Assembly (NCBI GenBank): GCA_023436715.1
Contig: JAEZIJ010000204.1
Coordinates: 3,548-67,547, forward strand
Origin: Acidobacteriota bacterium
GTDB taxonomy: Bacteria > Acidobacteriota > Terriglobia > Bryobacterales > Bryobacteraceae
Length of the DNA: 64,000 nt
Direction of reading: 5' to 3'
The first letter of the stretch is position 1. Each line of letters opens with the position of its first letter. A model generated the notes under the pieces. The model worked only from the letters and a program-made list of their open reading frames with translations. It did no database searches and was not told the origin of the DNA. The translations under genes were made by a program, and so were the position numbers. Shown here in pieces: positions 1-8,865 of this stretch.

Positions 1-685
1 CCAGAAAAGCCACAGCCGTGAATGTGGGCGCCTGGTGATGCCCAGACAGGAACGAAATGCCGAGGAACGCCCCGGAAAGCGCCCCGTTCGCGAGCACGCT
101 TCTTCCCCGCGCCGCGCGTAGCAGAAACAGGAATACCAGCGGAATCCAAACCATTCCGTTGGCCATCTGCGGCCACCCGGTAGTCCCGAGGATACCGGAC
201 AGCGCGAACGCCAGTCCGCCGATGAACGACGCCGCGCGCGAACACCCGAGATCGCGGCACAGCCAATAGCAGAACAGCGCGGCCATGAAGCGGATGACGA
301 CGAAATACCATGCGAGCGCGTCCATCGAGATGTGGCCGCGGTGGAGCGGCATCAGGAACAGCAGCCAGTTGAGCGGATACACCGCCCCCGGCTGAGCCTG
401 TCCCACCAGCGGCTGGCCCGCCCACATCGCCGGATCCCACAGCGGGAACCGGTGCGCGTGCCACTCGCGCGCCTGCACGTCGAACCACGGCAGCACCTGT
501 TCGGCGAGGTCCGGGCCCCAGACCCAATCGAACTGCCTGGTGAGCGTGATTTTCCAGTAGAAGCCCGTTAAGGTGACAAGGAGCAGCGCCGGAATCGCGA
601 GGTGGCCGAGCGCCCTGCGTGCCTGCCGCTTTACCGCCGGCGATAGTTCCGCCCGCCACCGCGACGGCTCATGATGAGCCAGCAT
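1..685 (-). CDS. polytopic membrane protein, N-terminal part (YfhO/glycosyltransferase-like); runs off the window start
   Basis: Own minus-strand translation from the ATG at 685: MLAHHEPSRWRAELSPAVKRQ..LAIPALLLVTLTGFYWKITLTRQFDWVWGPD..PLWDPAMWAGQPLVGQAQPGAVYPLNWLLFLMP.. It stays open to position 1, has strong GC3 and several hydrophobic spans. It is absent from the ORF track, presumably because it is open at the window edge. Confidence 0.7.
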   Translation of the reverse strand, partial: MLAHHEPSRWRAELSPAVKRQARRALGHLAIPALLLVTLTGFYWKITLTRQFDWVWGPDLAEQVLPWFDVQAREWHAHRFPLWDPAMWAGQPLVGQAQPGAVYPLNWLLFLMPLHRGHISMDALAWYFVVIRFMAALFCYWLCRDLGCSRAASFIGGLAFALSGILGTTGWPQMANGMVWIPLVFLFLLRAARGRSVLANGALSGAFLGISFLSGHHQAPTFTAVAFL

Positions 686-844
686 AGAGTCAGTTTCCAT
701 CAGTTTCCATCCCAAAATATCTCTAAGACAGGCGTCCGGCACATCTGACGACGGATGCCGATAATAAAAGCGTCAGGGCCGCGTGACGTTGCGGCGCCAA
801 GCTCGCACCGCCTAAAATGGTCGGTTTCCCCTGAAGGAGTTGTC

Positions 845-2194
845 GTGCCGGAAAAGACAAAGTATCTACTAAATGACGACCAGATCCCCACATCCTGGGT
901 GAACGTGTTGCCGCTTCTCAAAGAGCCGTTGGACCCGCCTCTCGATCCGGTGACGCGCAAGCCCGTCGGCCCGGAAGCGCTGACGCCAATCTTCCCCATG
1001 GCGCTCATCGAGCAGGAGTTCTCTCCCCTGCCCGCCATCGACATCCCGGGAGAGGTGCTCGATATCTACAGGCTCTGGCGTCCCACCCCGCTCTACCGCG
1101 CGCGGCGGCTCGAGAAAGCGCTCGATACTCCGGCTCGCATCTACTACAAGTACGAAGGCACCAGCCCCGCCGGCAGCCACAAGCCGAACACGGCCATCGC
1201 ACAGGCATTCTACAACAAACAGGCGGGCATCAAGCGCCTTTCGACGGAAACCGGCGCGGGACAGTGGGGCAGCGCGCTCGCCCTCGCCTGCCGCATGTTC
1301 GGGCTCGAGTGCACCGTCTACATGGTGAAGGTGAGCTACGAGCAGAAGCCGTACCGCCGCATGATGATGAATACCTGGGGCGCCGAAGTCTTCGCAAGCC
1401 CCAGCAAGCACACCGAGGCGGGCAAGGCGGTGCTGGCGGCGCATCCGGATTCGCCCGGCAGTCTCGGCATCGCGATCAGCGAAGCGGTGGAAGATGCCGC
1501 CACGCACAGCGACACCAACTACGCGCTCGGCAGCGTGCTGAACCACGTGATGCTGCATCAGACCGTCATCGGCCAGGAAGCGAAACAGCAGATGGCGATG
1601 GCAGGCGACGCGCCCGATGTCGTCATAGGCTGCTTCGGCGGAGGCAGCAACTTCGCTGGCCTCGCGCTGCCGTACGTGCCGGACAGGCTGAACGGATCGC
1701 CGGTGCAGCTTGTGGCGGCCGAGCCCTCTGCCTGCCCGAGTCTCACGCGCGGGAGATACGCCTACGATTTCGGCGATATCGCGAAGCTCACCCCGCTGCT
1801 CAAGATGTACACGCTCGGCCACGATTTCATGCCGCCCGGCATCCATGCCGGTGGGCTGCGGTACCACGGCGGCTCGCCGCTGGTCAGCAACCTGGTCAAG
1901 AACGGCGTCATGGAGGCGCGCGCCTACACGCAGCTTCCGGTGTTCGAGGCCGCCGTCACCTTCGCGCAGACCGAAGGGATTCTGCCCGCTCCGGAATCCG
2001 CGCACGCAATTCGTGGCGCCTTCGATGAGGCCATCGCGGCCCGCGAGGAGGACCGGCCGCGAACGATCCTGTTCTGCCTCAGCGGACACGGCCACTTCGA
2101 TCTGGCTTCCTACGACGCGTACCGTTCCGGGCGTCTCCAGGATTTCGAGCACCCCGGCACCGAGATCGCTGAAGCAATGGAAACGCTGCCGTAA
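845..2194 (+). CDS. trpB: TrpB2-type tryptophan synthase beta-like PLP enzyme
   Basis: Track ORF 755..2194. Likely start is the GTG at 845, preceded by GAAGGAG, giving about 449 aa. The N-terminus ([18 protein letters not shown]), [11 protein letters not shown], the GGGSN PLP-phosphate loop and SGHG are typical of TrpB2. No trpA is adjacent. Confidence 0.85.
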   Translation: MPEKTKYLLNDDQIPTSWVNVLPLLKEPLDPPLDPVTRKPVGPEALTPIFPMALIEQEFSPLPAIDIPGEVLDIYRLWRPTPLYRARRLEKALDTPARIYYKYEGTSPAGSHKPNTAIAQAFYNKQAGIKRLSTETGAGQWGSALALACRMFGLECTVYMVKVSYEQKPYRRMMMNTWGAEVFASPSKHTEAGKAVLAAHPDSPGSLGIAISEAVEDAATHSDTNYALGSVLNHVMLHQTVIGQEAKQQMAMAGDAPDVVIGCFGGGSNFAGLALPYVPDRLNGSPVQLVAAEPSACPSLTRGRYAYDFGDIAKLTPLLKMYTLGHDFMPPGIHAGGLRYHGGSPLVSNLVKNGVMEARAYTQLPVFEAAVTFAQTEGILPAPESAHAIRGAFDEAIAAREEDRPRTILFCLSGHGHFDLASYDAYRSGRLQDFEHPGTEIAEAMETLP

Positions 2195-2540
2195 GGTGCG
2201 TATCAGGGCACGGCTTTAGTCCTGCCGTAGAAGGCGCTCTCTCTTGGGCGCTTTCGAACACCCCGGCGCCGAGATCGCTGAAGCGATGGAAACGCTGCCG
2301 TAAGGGGTGTATCAGGGCACGACTTCAGTCGTGCCGTAGAGGGCCACCATCACCGGGCTTTAGCCCCTGGGCATGCCGCAGATCGGGGGCTAAAGCCCGG
2401 GCCTTGTCATGCCCTCTCTCGAAAATCTCTCCCCCGGATTGGCTCAGGCTGCCCGAGGCTTGAAAGTAAGCGAACCGGGTAAGCGCAGCCTCGTCCCTGG
2501 GTCAGCGGCCGGCACGCCTGAAGCCGTGCCCTGATACACG
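2144..2540. repeat. REP/BIME-like palindromic repeat cluster, including a ~90-bp direct duplication of the trpB2 3' end
   Basis: 2144-2234 is repeated at 2253-2343 (period 109 bp, few mismatches). The unit GTATCAGGGCACGrCTTyAGnCnTGCC occurs twice in direct orientation and once inverted (2505-2540). Extra GGGCT-tt/aa-AGCCC hairpins lie at about 2354-2371 and 2385-2402. The cluster sits between convergent genes. Confidence 0.8.
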
Positions 2541-2572
2541 ACGCGACTGATACGGGTCAGCGAAGACGCCCG

Positions 2573-3454
2573 CTACTGTTGGCCGAGGCGCTTCTTCAGG
2601 TATTCCTGGTATTCCTTCTTAAGTTCCGGGTCCGTCGGACTGCTGTAGATTTCGCTGGATTTGTACTTCCCGGTCCCGAGCTTCATCTTGGTCCACTCGT
2701 CGTGGATCTGGGTCTCTTGGGCGCGCTTTACAACCTCCTCCACGAATTGTGGCGGGATGAAATAGACGCCTTCTCTGTCCCCGAACACGACATCGCCCGG
2801 CATCACCGTAGCCTTGCCGATGCGCACGGGGGTGTTGTAGGCCGTAAGCATCACGTCGCGGATGGCATTCGGATGCGCGCCGCGGAAATAGCCCGCCATA
2901 TCGAGCGGCGAGATGCCTTCGAGATCGCGAATGGCGCCATCGATCACAAAGCCGCCGGTCTTGGTCGCGGTGTAGATGTAGAACGCGAGGTTGTCGCCGA
3001 TGATCCCGCCGGCCGCCATGCTCCCGAACACGTCGAGCACCAGCACGTCTCCCGGCTGCAGAGTGTCGATGACCCGCTGGTGCGGCGAGCGCCCTGCCGT
3101 CCCACGCGCCTTCGCCTCTGCGTCCACCACTTCCGAGACGTCGGGGCGTGCCGGCATGAACTGCGCGGTCACGGCACGGCCGACCAGTTTCTTGCCGGGA
3201 TGCAGAAGCTGGAAGCCGTCCTCGTACTGCATGCGGAATCCCTTGCCGGGCAGAACCGCCCAGACCTCCTCGGCCGACAGCCCCTTTACCTTTTCAAGGA
3301 GCGAATCGGGCACCTTGGGCCGCCCGTCGTCGAATCTATCAAATGGATTCTTGGCCGTGTACTTCACCATCTGGTCTTTGGAGAAGGTGAACACCTGGCC
3401 GGAAGCGCAAGCGCAGAAGAGGGCGGTAGCAGTCCAGAGTGCAATCGGTTTCAT
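2573..3454 (-). CDS. secreted RraA-family (dimethylmenaquinone methyltransferase/aldolase-like) protein
   Basis: Track ORF 2573..3532. Probable start is the internal MKPIALWTATALFCACASG signal peptide at 3454. The core (GDVLVLD..GGIIGDNLA..GGFVIDGAIRD) resembles the RraA fold. Confidence 0.7.
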   Translation of the reverse strand: MKPIALWTATALFCACASGQVFTFSKDQMVKYTAKNPFDRFDDGRPKVPDSLLEKVKGLSAEEVWAVLPGKGFRMQYEDGFQLLHPGKKLVGRAVTAQFMPARPDVSEVVDAEAKARGTAGRSPHQRVIDTLQPGDVLVLDVFGSMAAGGIIGDNLAFYIYTATKTGGFVIDGAIRDLEGISPLDMAGYFRGAHPNAIRDVMLTAYNTPVRIGKATVMPGDVVFGDREGVYFIPPQFVEEVVKRAQETQIHDEWTKMKLGTGKYKSSEIYSSPTDPELKKEYQEYLKKRLGQQ

Positions 3455-3537
3455 CGAAGGAATGTACCACAAAACGGGCGGGCATGTTCCGGCGGCCCGT
3501 TCGTTCCCGGCCGGGCCGCCGGCATGCAACAATCTAC

Positions 3538-4704
3538 CTATTTGCCGGTGAGCGCTGCCACTCCGGGCAGTTCGATGCCGGAGAGGTATTCGAGCGAAGC
3601 TCCGCCGCCGGTCGAGATATGGGAAATCTTTTCGGCCACGCCGGCGGCCTTCACGGCCTTCTCCGAATCGCCGCCGCCCACGACCGAGAGCGCGCCCGAG
3701 GCCGCCACCGCTTTCGCGACGGCCACCGTGCCGTTGTCGAACGGAGGCTTCTCGAAGACACCCATCGGCCCGTTCCAGATCACGCTCTTCGCGGTCGAGA
3801 GCGCCTCCGCGTACAAGGCGATGGTTTTCGGACCGATGTCCACGCCGATCATGCCGTCCGGAATCGTCTCCACAACGTCGTAGTACGCGCCTTCCTTGAT
3901 CTCGGCCGCGACCACGTGATCCACCGGCAGCGTAAGCTTCGAGGTCTTCGAGAGAAGATCCTTCGCCAGATCGATCTTGTCCTCCTCAACCAGAGACTTG
4001 CCCGTCGGCTTGCCTTGCGCCCGCATGAACGTGTACGCCATGGCGCCCCCGATCAGGAGCCGGTCGACGAACTTCAGCAGGTTCTCGATCACCTCGATCT
4101 TGTCGGAGACCTTGGCCCCGCCGAGAATGCCGACGCACGGGTGGGGCGGATTCTCCGTCACGCGGCCGAGGTACTCGAGTTCCTTCTCCATGAGGAGGCC
4201 GGCGGCGGACTTGGGCAGATACTTCGTGATGCCGACGGTGGAGGCGTGCGCGCGGTGCGCCGTTCCGAATGCGTCGTTCACGTAATAGTCGCAACCGGTC
4301 GAAAGCTGGCGGGCGAACTCGGGATCGTTCTTCTCCTCTTCGGCGTGGAAGCGCAGATTCTCGAGCAGCACGACGGCGTTGTCGCTCTTCTTTAATTCAT
4401 CCGCTTCCGGCCCGATGCAGTCCGGAGCCATGGCGACGTGCTGTTTGAGCAGTTCCTGGAGGCGCGCTGCGACGGGCCGCAGACTCATCTCGGGATTCCG
4501 CTTGCCCTTGGGCCGGCCCAGATGACTGGCCAGCACGAGTTTCGCACCCTGCTCCAGCGCGTACTTGATGGTGGGGAGCGAGGCGCGGATGCGCTTATCG
4601 CTGGTGATCTCCTGCCCGCCCGGGGCGAGGGGAACGTTGAAATCGACTCTCATGAAGATCCGCTTGCCGCGCAGATCCAGATCACGTATGGACAGTTTTG
4701 GCAT
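3538..4704 (-). CDS. pgk: phosphoglycerate kinase
   Basis: MPKLSIRDLDLRGKRIFMRVDFNVP.., SHLGRPKG, AFGTAHRAH and STGGGASLE motifs. Start taken at MPKL (4704) rather than the track start at 4722. Confidence 0.95.
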   Translation of the reverse strand: MPKLSIRDLDLRGKRIFMRVDFNVPLAPGGQEITSDKRIRASLPTIKYALEQGAKLVLASHLGRPKGKRNPEMSLRPVAARLQELLKQHVAMAPDCIGPEADELKKSDNAVVLLENLRFHAEEEKNDPEFARQLSTGCDYYVNDAFGTAHRAHASTVGITKYLPKSAAGLLMEKELEYLGRVTENPPHPCVGILGGAKVSDKIEVIENLLKFVDRLLIGGAMAYTFMRAQGKPTGKSLVEEDKIDLAKDLLSKTSKLTLPVDHVVAAEIKEGAYYDVVETIPDGMIGVDIGPKTIALYAEALSTAKSVIWNGPMGVFEKPPFDNGTVAVAKAVAASGALSVVGGGDSEKAVKAAGVAEKISHISTGGGASLEYLSGIELPGVAALTGK

Positions 4705-4933
4705 GTTCACCTCGTAACACAATAAACCTAAATTGTAAGTGATTCAGCTCGGGCACCGCTGAGAAAGGCCGGGAGGCCTGTCTCACGTGAAACCTGAAAC
4801 CGGTCCCTTCCCGCCCCCGTTAAACCATCCAGAGCACCTCGGGTTTCGGGAGCCGGGCTACACTGGGTTGACGGTCCCCACCCGTGAGACTAGAATTAGG
4901 GGGTACTACCGTGTCCCGAAAGCGGAGAGGTGT

Positions 4934-6622
4934 ATGAAGGCGAAGAACTTGTGTATCTGCCTGTGGGCGTTCGGTCTGGCAGCCGCGGTGCCAAGTGTGC
5001 AGGCTGCAGGGCAGAATGATACGAAAAAATCGGAAGTAGCCCAGGCGCAGCGCGAGACCGTCGCCAAGCCGATGAGCGAAAGGGAGCGCCGCAGACGGGA
5101 GCAGAAGCTCAGGAAGGAACTCGAGAGCCCGTTCAAGAAGTGGCTGGACGAGGACGTGGGCTACATCATCACGGATGAGGAGCGCGCCGCGTTCAAGCGC
5201 CTCTCCACCGACGAGGAGCGCGAGCAGTTCATCGAGCAGTTCTGGCTCCGGCGCGATCCCACCCCGGACTCTCTGGAAAACGAGTTCCGTGAAGAGCATT
5301 ACCGCCGCATAGCGTACGCGAACGAGCGCTATGCGTCCGGCATCCCGGGCTGGAAGACAGACCGCGGCAGGATCTACATAACTTTCGGGCCGCCGGACGA
5401 GAACGAGTCCCATCCCTCGGGCGGCACCTACGAACGGCCGATGGAAGAGGGCGGCGGCACGACCTCGACCTATCCCTTTGAGAAGTGGCGCTATCGCTGG
5501 ATTGAGGGCATCGGCACCGACGTCAACATCGAGTTTGTCGACCCGACGATGACCGGCGAGTACCGCATGACCATGGATCCGTCCGAAAAAGACGCCCTGA
5601 TGATGGTGCCCAACGCCGGCCTCACGCTGTATGAGCAGATGGGGCTGACGTCCAAGAACGACCGATTCAACCGCACGGACGGCACGCGCCTGGGCATCGG
5701 CGACATGGCAACCTCCTCGCGCATGAACCAGTTCGAGCGACTGGAACAGTACGCCAAGCTCCAGAAACCGCCGACGGTGAAGTTCAAGGACCTCGAGGCA
5801 GTCGTAAACACCCGGATCACGTACAACCTGCTGCCCGTAAGGGTGCGCACGGATTTTATCCGGATGACGGAGTCCACCGTGCTCACCAGCGTAACGGTGC
5901 AACTAGATAATAAGGACCTCCAGTTCCAGGATAAAGAAGGCGTCAGCAAGGCCATGGTGAATATGTACGCGCGAGTCACCTCCATGGCACGGCGCCCCGT
6001 GAACGTATGGGAAGAACCGGTGGTGATCGAGACCCCGACTGAGATGCTGCAGCAGGCCACGGGCCGCGCCTCCATCTACAACCACTCGGTGTTCCTGGCT
6101 CCCGGCACGTACAGGTTGAACGTGGTGGTAAAAGACGTGGTCGGCGGCACGATGAACAACTACGAGGCTGCGCTGCATGTGCCGCGGTTCGAAGAGGAAA
6201 AGCTGGCATCCAGCAGCGTAATTCTGGCCGACCTGATCGAGAAGGTGCCTACCCGCAACATCGGCACCGGCCAGTTCGTGATTGGCGATTCCAAAGTCCG
6301 CCCGCGCGTGAGCGACGCGTTCAGGCGGGACGAGAAGATGGGCATCTACGTCCAGCTTTATAATTTCCAGCCGGACGAGAAGACGCAGAAACCGAACGGA
6401 ACGATCGATTACGAGGTCGTCCGGAACGGCAACAACCAGAAGGTTTTGGAGTTCAGCGAGGACGTAACCGGCCTGCCCGGCGCTTCAGCCCAGCAGGTAA
6501 CCGTGGAGAAGCTGCTGCCCCTCAAAACTCTCGAACCGGGGCAGTATACTTTGAAGATGAAAGTGACGGACCGGCTGAGGAACCAGGTACTAACGCCGTC
6601 CACCACTTTTACTGTAAACTGA
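4934..6622 (+). CDS. GWxTD domain-containing secreted protein
   Basis: Signal peptide MKAKNLCICLWAFGLAAAVPSVQA from the ATG at 4934, plus the GWKTDRGRIYITFGPPDE motif. Track ORF 4787..6622. Confidence 0.8.
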   Translation: MKAKNLCICLWAFGLAAAVPSVQAAGQNDTKKSEVAQAQRETVAKPMSERERRRREQKLRKELESPFKKWLDEDVGYIITDEERAAFKRLSTDEEREQFIEQFWLRRDPTPDSLENEFREEHYRRIAYANERYASGIPGWKTDRGRIYITFGPPDENESHPSGGTYERPMEEGGGTTSTYPFEKWRYRWIEGIGTDVNIEFVDPTMTGEYRMTMDPSEKDALMMVPNAGLTLYEQMGLTSKNDRFNRTDGTRLGIGDMATSSRMNQFERLEQYAKLQKPPTVKFKDLEAVVNTRITYNLLPVRVRTDFIRMTESTVLTSVTVQLDNKDLQFQDKEGVSKAMVNMYARVTSMARRPVNVWEEPVVIETPTEMLQQATGRASIYNHSVFLAPGTYRLNVVVKDVVGGTMNNYEAALHVPRFEEEKLASSSVILADLIEKVPTRNIGTGQFVIGDSKVRPRVSDAFRRDEKMGIYVQLYNFQPDEKTQKPNGTIDYEVVRNGNNQKVLEFSEDVTGLPGASAQQVTVEKLLPLKTLEPGQYTLKMKVTDRLRNQVLTPSTTFTVN

Positions 6623-6659
6623 GTTCAGGAGTTTTCCGGGCTTAGGCCCCCTTCTGCGC

Positions 6660-8453
6660 ATGAGCGCCAGGATGTCCATCAAGACGGTTGGCGTGCTTGC
6701 TGGCACACTGTACGGGATTTCTCTGTGTAACGGTGCCGCCGCTCCGGCGAAGGTATCTGGCAGCATAGCCGGGATGGTGAGCAACCCGTCGGGTATCCCC
6801 CAAATGGGGGCTACGGTATTTCTTTACAACCGCTTCGACCAGCTTCTGCAACGCTCCCTGACAACCGAGAAGGGCCTGTTTGGATTTGCGGCCCTCGCGC
6901 CGGGAGTCTATGCCATTCAGGTATCCCTGTCCAGCTACCTGCCCGCCCTGAAGCGCAACATCGTGGTGCAGCCGGGCATGCAGAGCCTGCTGAGCGTCAA
7001 CCTGGCGACCGTGTTCAGTTCCATCCAACTGGTCGCTGTTTCACCGGGTGACACGTCGCTGATGAGCGATGAATGGAAGTGGGTGCTGAGAAGTTCGAGT
7101 TCCACGCGGCCCGTCCTGCGGCTTCTGCCGGAACTCGGTCCGCCTCACGCGCCGCGCCGGGCTTCCACATCCGTGTTCTCCTCAACCAGGGGAATGGTGA
7201 AGGTCTCCGGTGGGGACCAGGGCTCGATACTGAGCAATGAACCAGACCTCGGCACCGCCTTCGCTCTGGCCACTTCTTTCCTTGGCGAAAACCAGCTTCG
7301 ATTCAGCGGAAATTTCGGGTACTCTTCAGGCTCGGGGCTCCCCACGGCCGCCTTTCGCACCAGCTTCCGGCGGGAGTTGGCCGGAGGCGAAGCTCCGGAA
7401 GTGAAAGTGACCATGCGCCAGTTGTACATGCCCGCGCGGGCGGGGACTGCGGTGCTCGGCGGCATGTCGGATTCGGCTCCGGTGCTGCGCACGTTGTCGG
7501 CCAGTCTGGCGGACCAGACGCGGCTTACGGACGATGTCCGGTTCGAATACGGGGCCACGTGGGATTCGGTGACCTTCCTCGACCGCTTGAACTACGTGAG
7601 CCCTTACGGGCGGCTGACGTATGATCGTGGCGACGGCGAGGTCTTGCAGATCAGCTACGCATCGGGGGCGCCGCCTCTGGATCTGCTCGCGCAGGAGCCT
7701 GGTAGCCGGATGGAGCTTCAGCAGGACCTCACGGGCCTTGCGGCATTCCCGAGAGTGAGTCTCCGCGGCGGTCGCGTGCAGGTTCAGCGCAACCAGAGTT
7801 GGGAAGTCGGCTACCGGCGCGGTTTTGAGTCTCTGACGTTCAGCGCCGCGCTGTTCAGCGAATCGGTCTCGAATGCCGCGGTCATGTCGACCGGATCACT
7901 CGGGTTCCAGGCTTCGCCGGATCTTCTGCCGGATGTATTCTCCGAAAGCTGGATCGTCAACGCCGGTCACTATCGCAGTTTGGGCTATGTGGTGTCCGTG
8001 ACGCAGAGACTTGCCGAGCACATTGACGCTTCGGTTGCGTTTGGCAGCGGCGGGGCGTTGGCCCCGGTCGGCGAACTCGAAGCCGGTAGTCCCGAGGAGT
8101 TGCGCGCAGCGATCCGCGAGAGGCGCCGCCATACGCTGACGATGCGGGTATCCGGACATCTCCCCCGCACCGGCACGCAGTTCGCAACGAGCTATCAGTG
8201 GGCGGACATGGCCTCTCTGACGCCGCAGCATGTGTACCTGACCCAGTCGATCGCACAGTCGGGTCTTGGCCTGAACGTGCAAGTGCATCAGCCTCTCCCC
8301 TATTTCGGCGGGCTCCCCGGACGGCTCGAAGCGACTGCCGACCTTCGGAACATACTCGAGCAGGGGTACGTGCCGCTCTACGCCGGCGTGCGCACCTCAT
8401 ACCTCATGCATACGCCCCGCAGCCTCCGGGGCGGCCTCAGCTTTATTTTCTGA
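6660..8453 (+). CDS. carboxypeptidase-regulatory-like domain protein with a C-terminal beta-barrel (outer-membrane type)
   Basis: N-terminal signal sequence. GSIAGMVSNPSGIPQMGATVFLYN..GLFGFAALAPGVYAIQV is CarboxypepD_reg-like. The protein ends in ..GGLSFIF, a typical OMP C-terminal aromatic. Confidence 0.7.
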   Translation: MSARMSIKTVGVLAGTLYGISLCNGAAAPAKVSGSIAGMVSNPSGIPQMGATVFLYNRFDQLLQRSLTTEKGLFGFAALAPGVYAIQVSLSSYLPALKRNIVVQPGMQSLLSVNLATVFSSIQLVAVSPGDTSLMSDEWKWVLRSSSSTRPVLRLLPELGPPHAPRRASTSVFSSTRGMVKVSGGDQGSILSNEPDLGTAFALATSFLGENQLRFSGNFGYSSGSGLPTAAFRTSFRRELAGGEAPEVKVTMRQLYMPARAGTAVLGGMSDSAPVLRTLSASLADQTRLTDDVRFEYGATWDSVTFLDRLNYVSPYGRLTYDRGDGEVLQISYASGAPPLDLLAQEPGSRMELQQDLTGLAAFPRVSLRGGRVQVQRNQSWEVGYRRGFESLTFSAALFSESVSNAAVMSTGSLGFQASPDLLPDVFSESWIVNAGHYRSLGYVVSVTQRLAEHIDASVAFGSGGALAPVGELEAGSPEELRAAIRERRRHTLTMRVSGHLPRTGTQFATSYQWADMASLTPQHVYLTQSIAQSGLGLNVQVHQPLPYFGGLPGRLEATADLRNILEQGYVPLYAGVRTSYLMHTPRSLRGGLSFIF

Positions 8454-8710
8454 GCCGGGCGCGCCGGACAAAGCCCGGCGGCAGCCCAGAAGGACTGACC
8501 CCACCTTGCGGGCAGGATCACGCCGAATCTTTCTTTTTTTCTTCTGCGATTTGATACACTTCGAGCCCGGATGCCGGGGCAAGCCGGGCTGCGTGCATTA
8601 AGGTGGGTTCGTGAATCGGTCCGGTCCTCTCAGTTCTTTCCCGCCAGCAGACCCTAACGGCCTACCCAATTCCCTTCATAGGAGTACCGATAACGCCGGA
8701 CCGATTCGCT

Positions 8711-8842
8711 TTACTTGCGGGCGCCCCGCTGCGGGCTTTTCACGCGGGACTGGCGCAGCTTCATGCGCCGCCGCTTCGGCTTGCTGATGATGAAAGTGCC
8801 GCTGCCCACATAAGTGGCCGTATAGAGTTTTTCGTCCGCCAA
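8711..8842 (-). CDS. small basic protein, 43 aa (unannotated frame)
   Basis: TTG start preceded by GGAGAA. Translation: (M)ADEKLYTATYVGSGTFIISKPKRRRMKLRQSRVKSPQRGARK. GC3 is very high in this frame and poor in the overlapping 149-aa track ORF 8676..9125. Confidence 0.45.
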   Translation of the reverse strand: MADEKLYTATYVGSGTFIISKPKRRRMKLRQSRVKSPQRGARK

Positions 8843-8865
8843 AGAATTCTCCTTCAAATCGTAAT

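Noticed and set aside
57-571. Plus-strand 70- and 79-aa ORFs at the window start.
   Set aside because: They lie opposite the convincing minus-strand membrane-protein frame and are Arg/Pro-rich shadow frames.
869-2152. 427-aa minus-strand ORF antisense to trpB2. Similar long antisense ORFs: 2579..3883(+), 4820..5902(-), 10190..11740(-), 29554..30798(-), 32724..34007(-), 37271..38767(-), 61358..62626(-).
   Set aside because: These are typical high-GC shadow ORFs. They are Arg/Ala/Gly/Pro-rich with poor third-position GC bias. Each lies opposite a gene with clear family motifs.
8454-8479. GCCGGGC...GCCCGGC hairpin after the OMP-like gene, considered as an intrinsic terminator. A similar CAGGAGG/CCTCCTG hairpin lies at about 12255-12278 after the tRNA.
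   Set aside because: Neither hairpin is followed by a U-tract, so neither can be supported as a rho-independent terminator from sequence alone.
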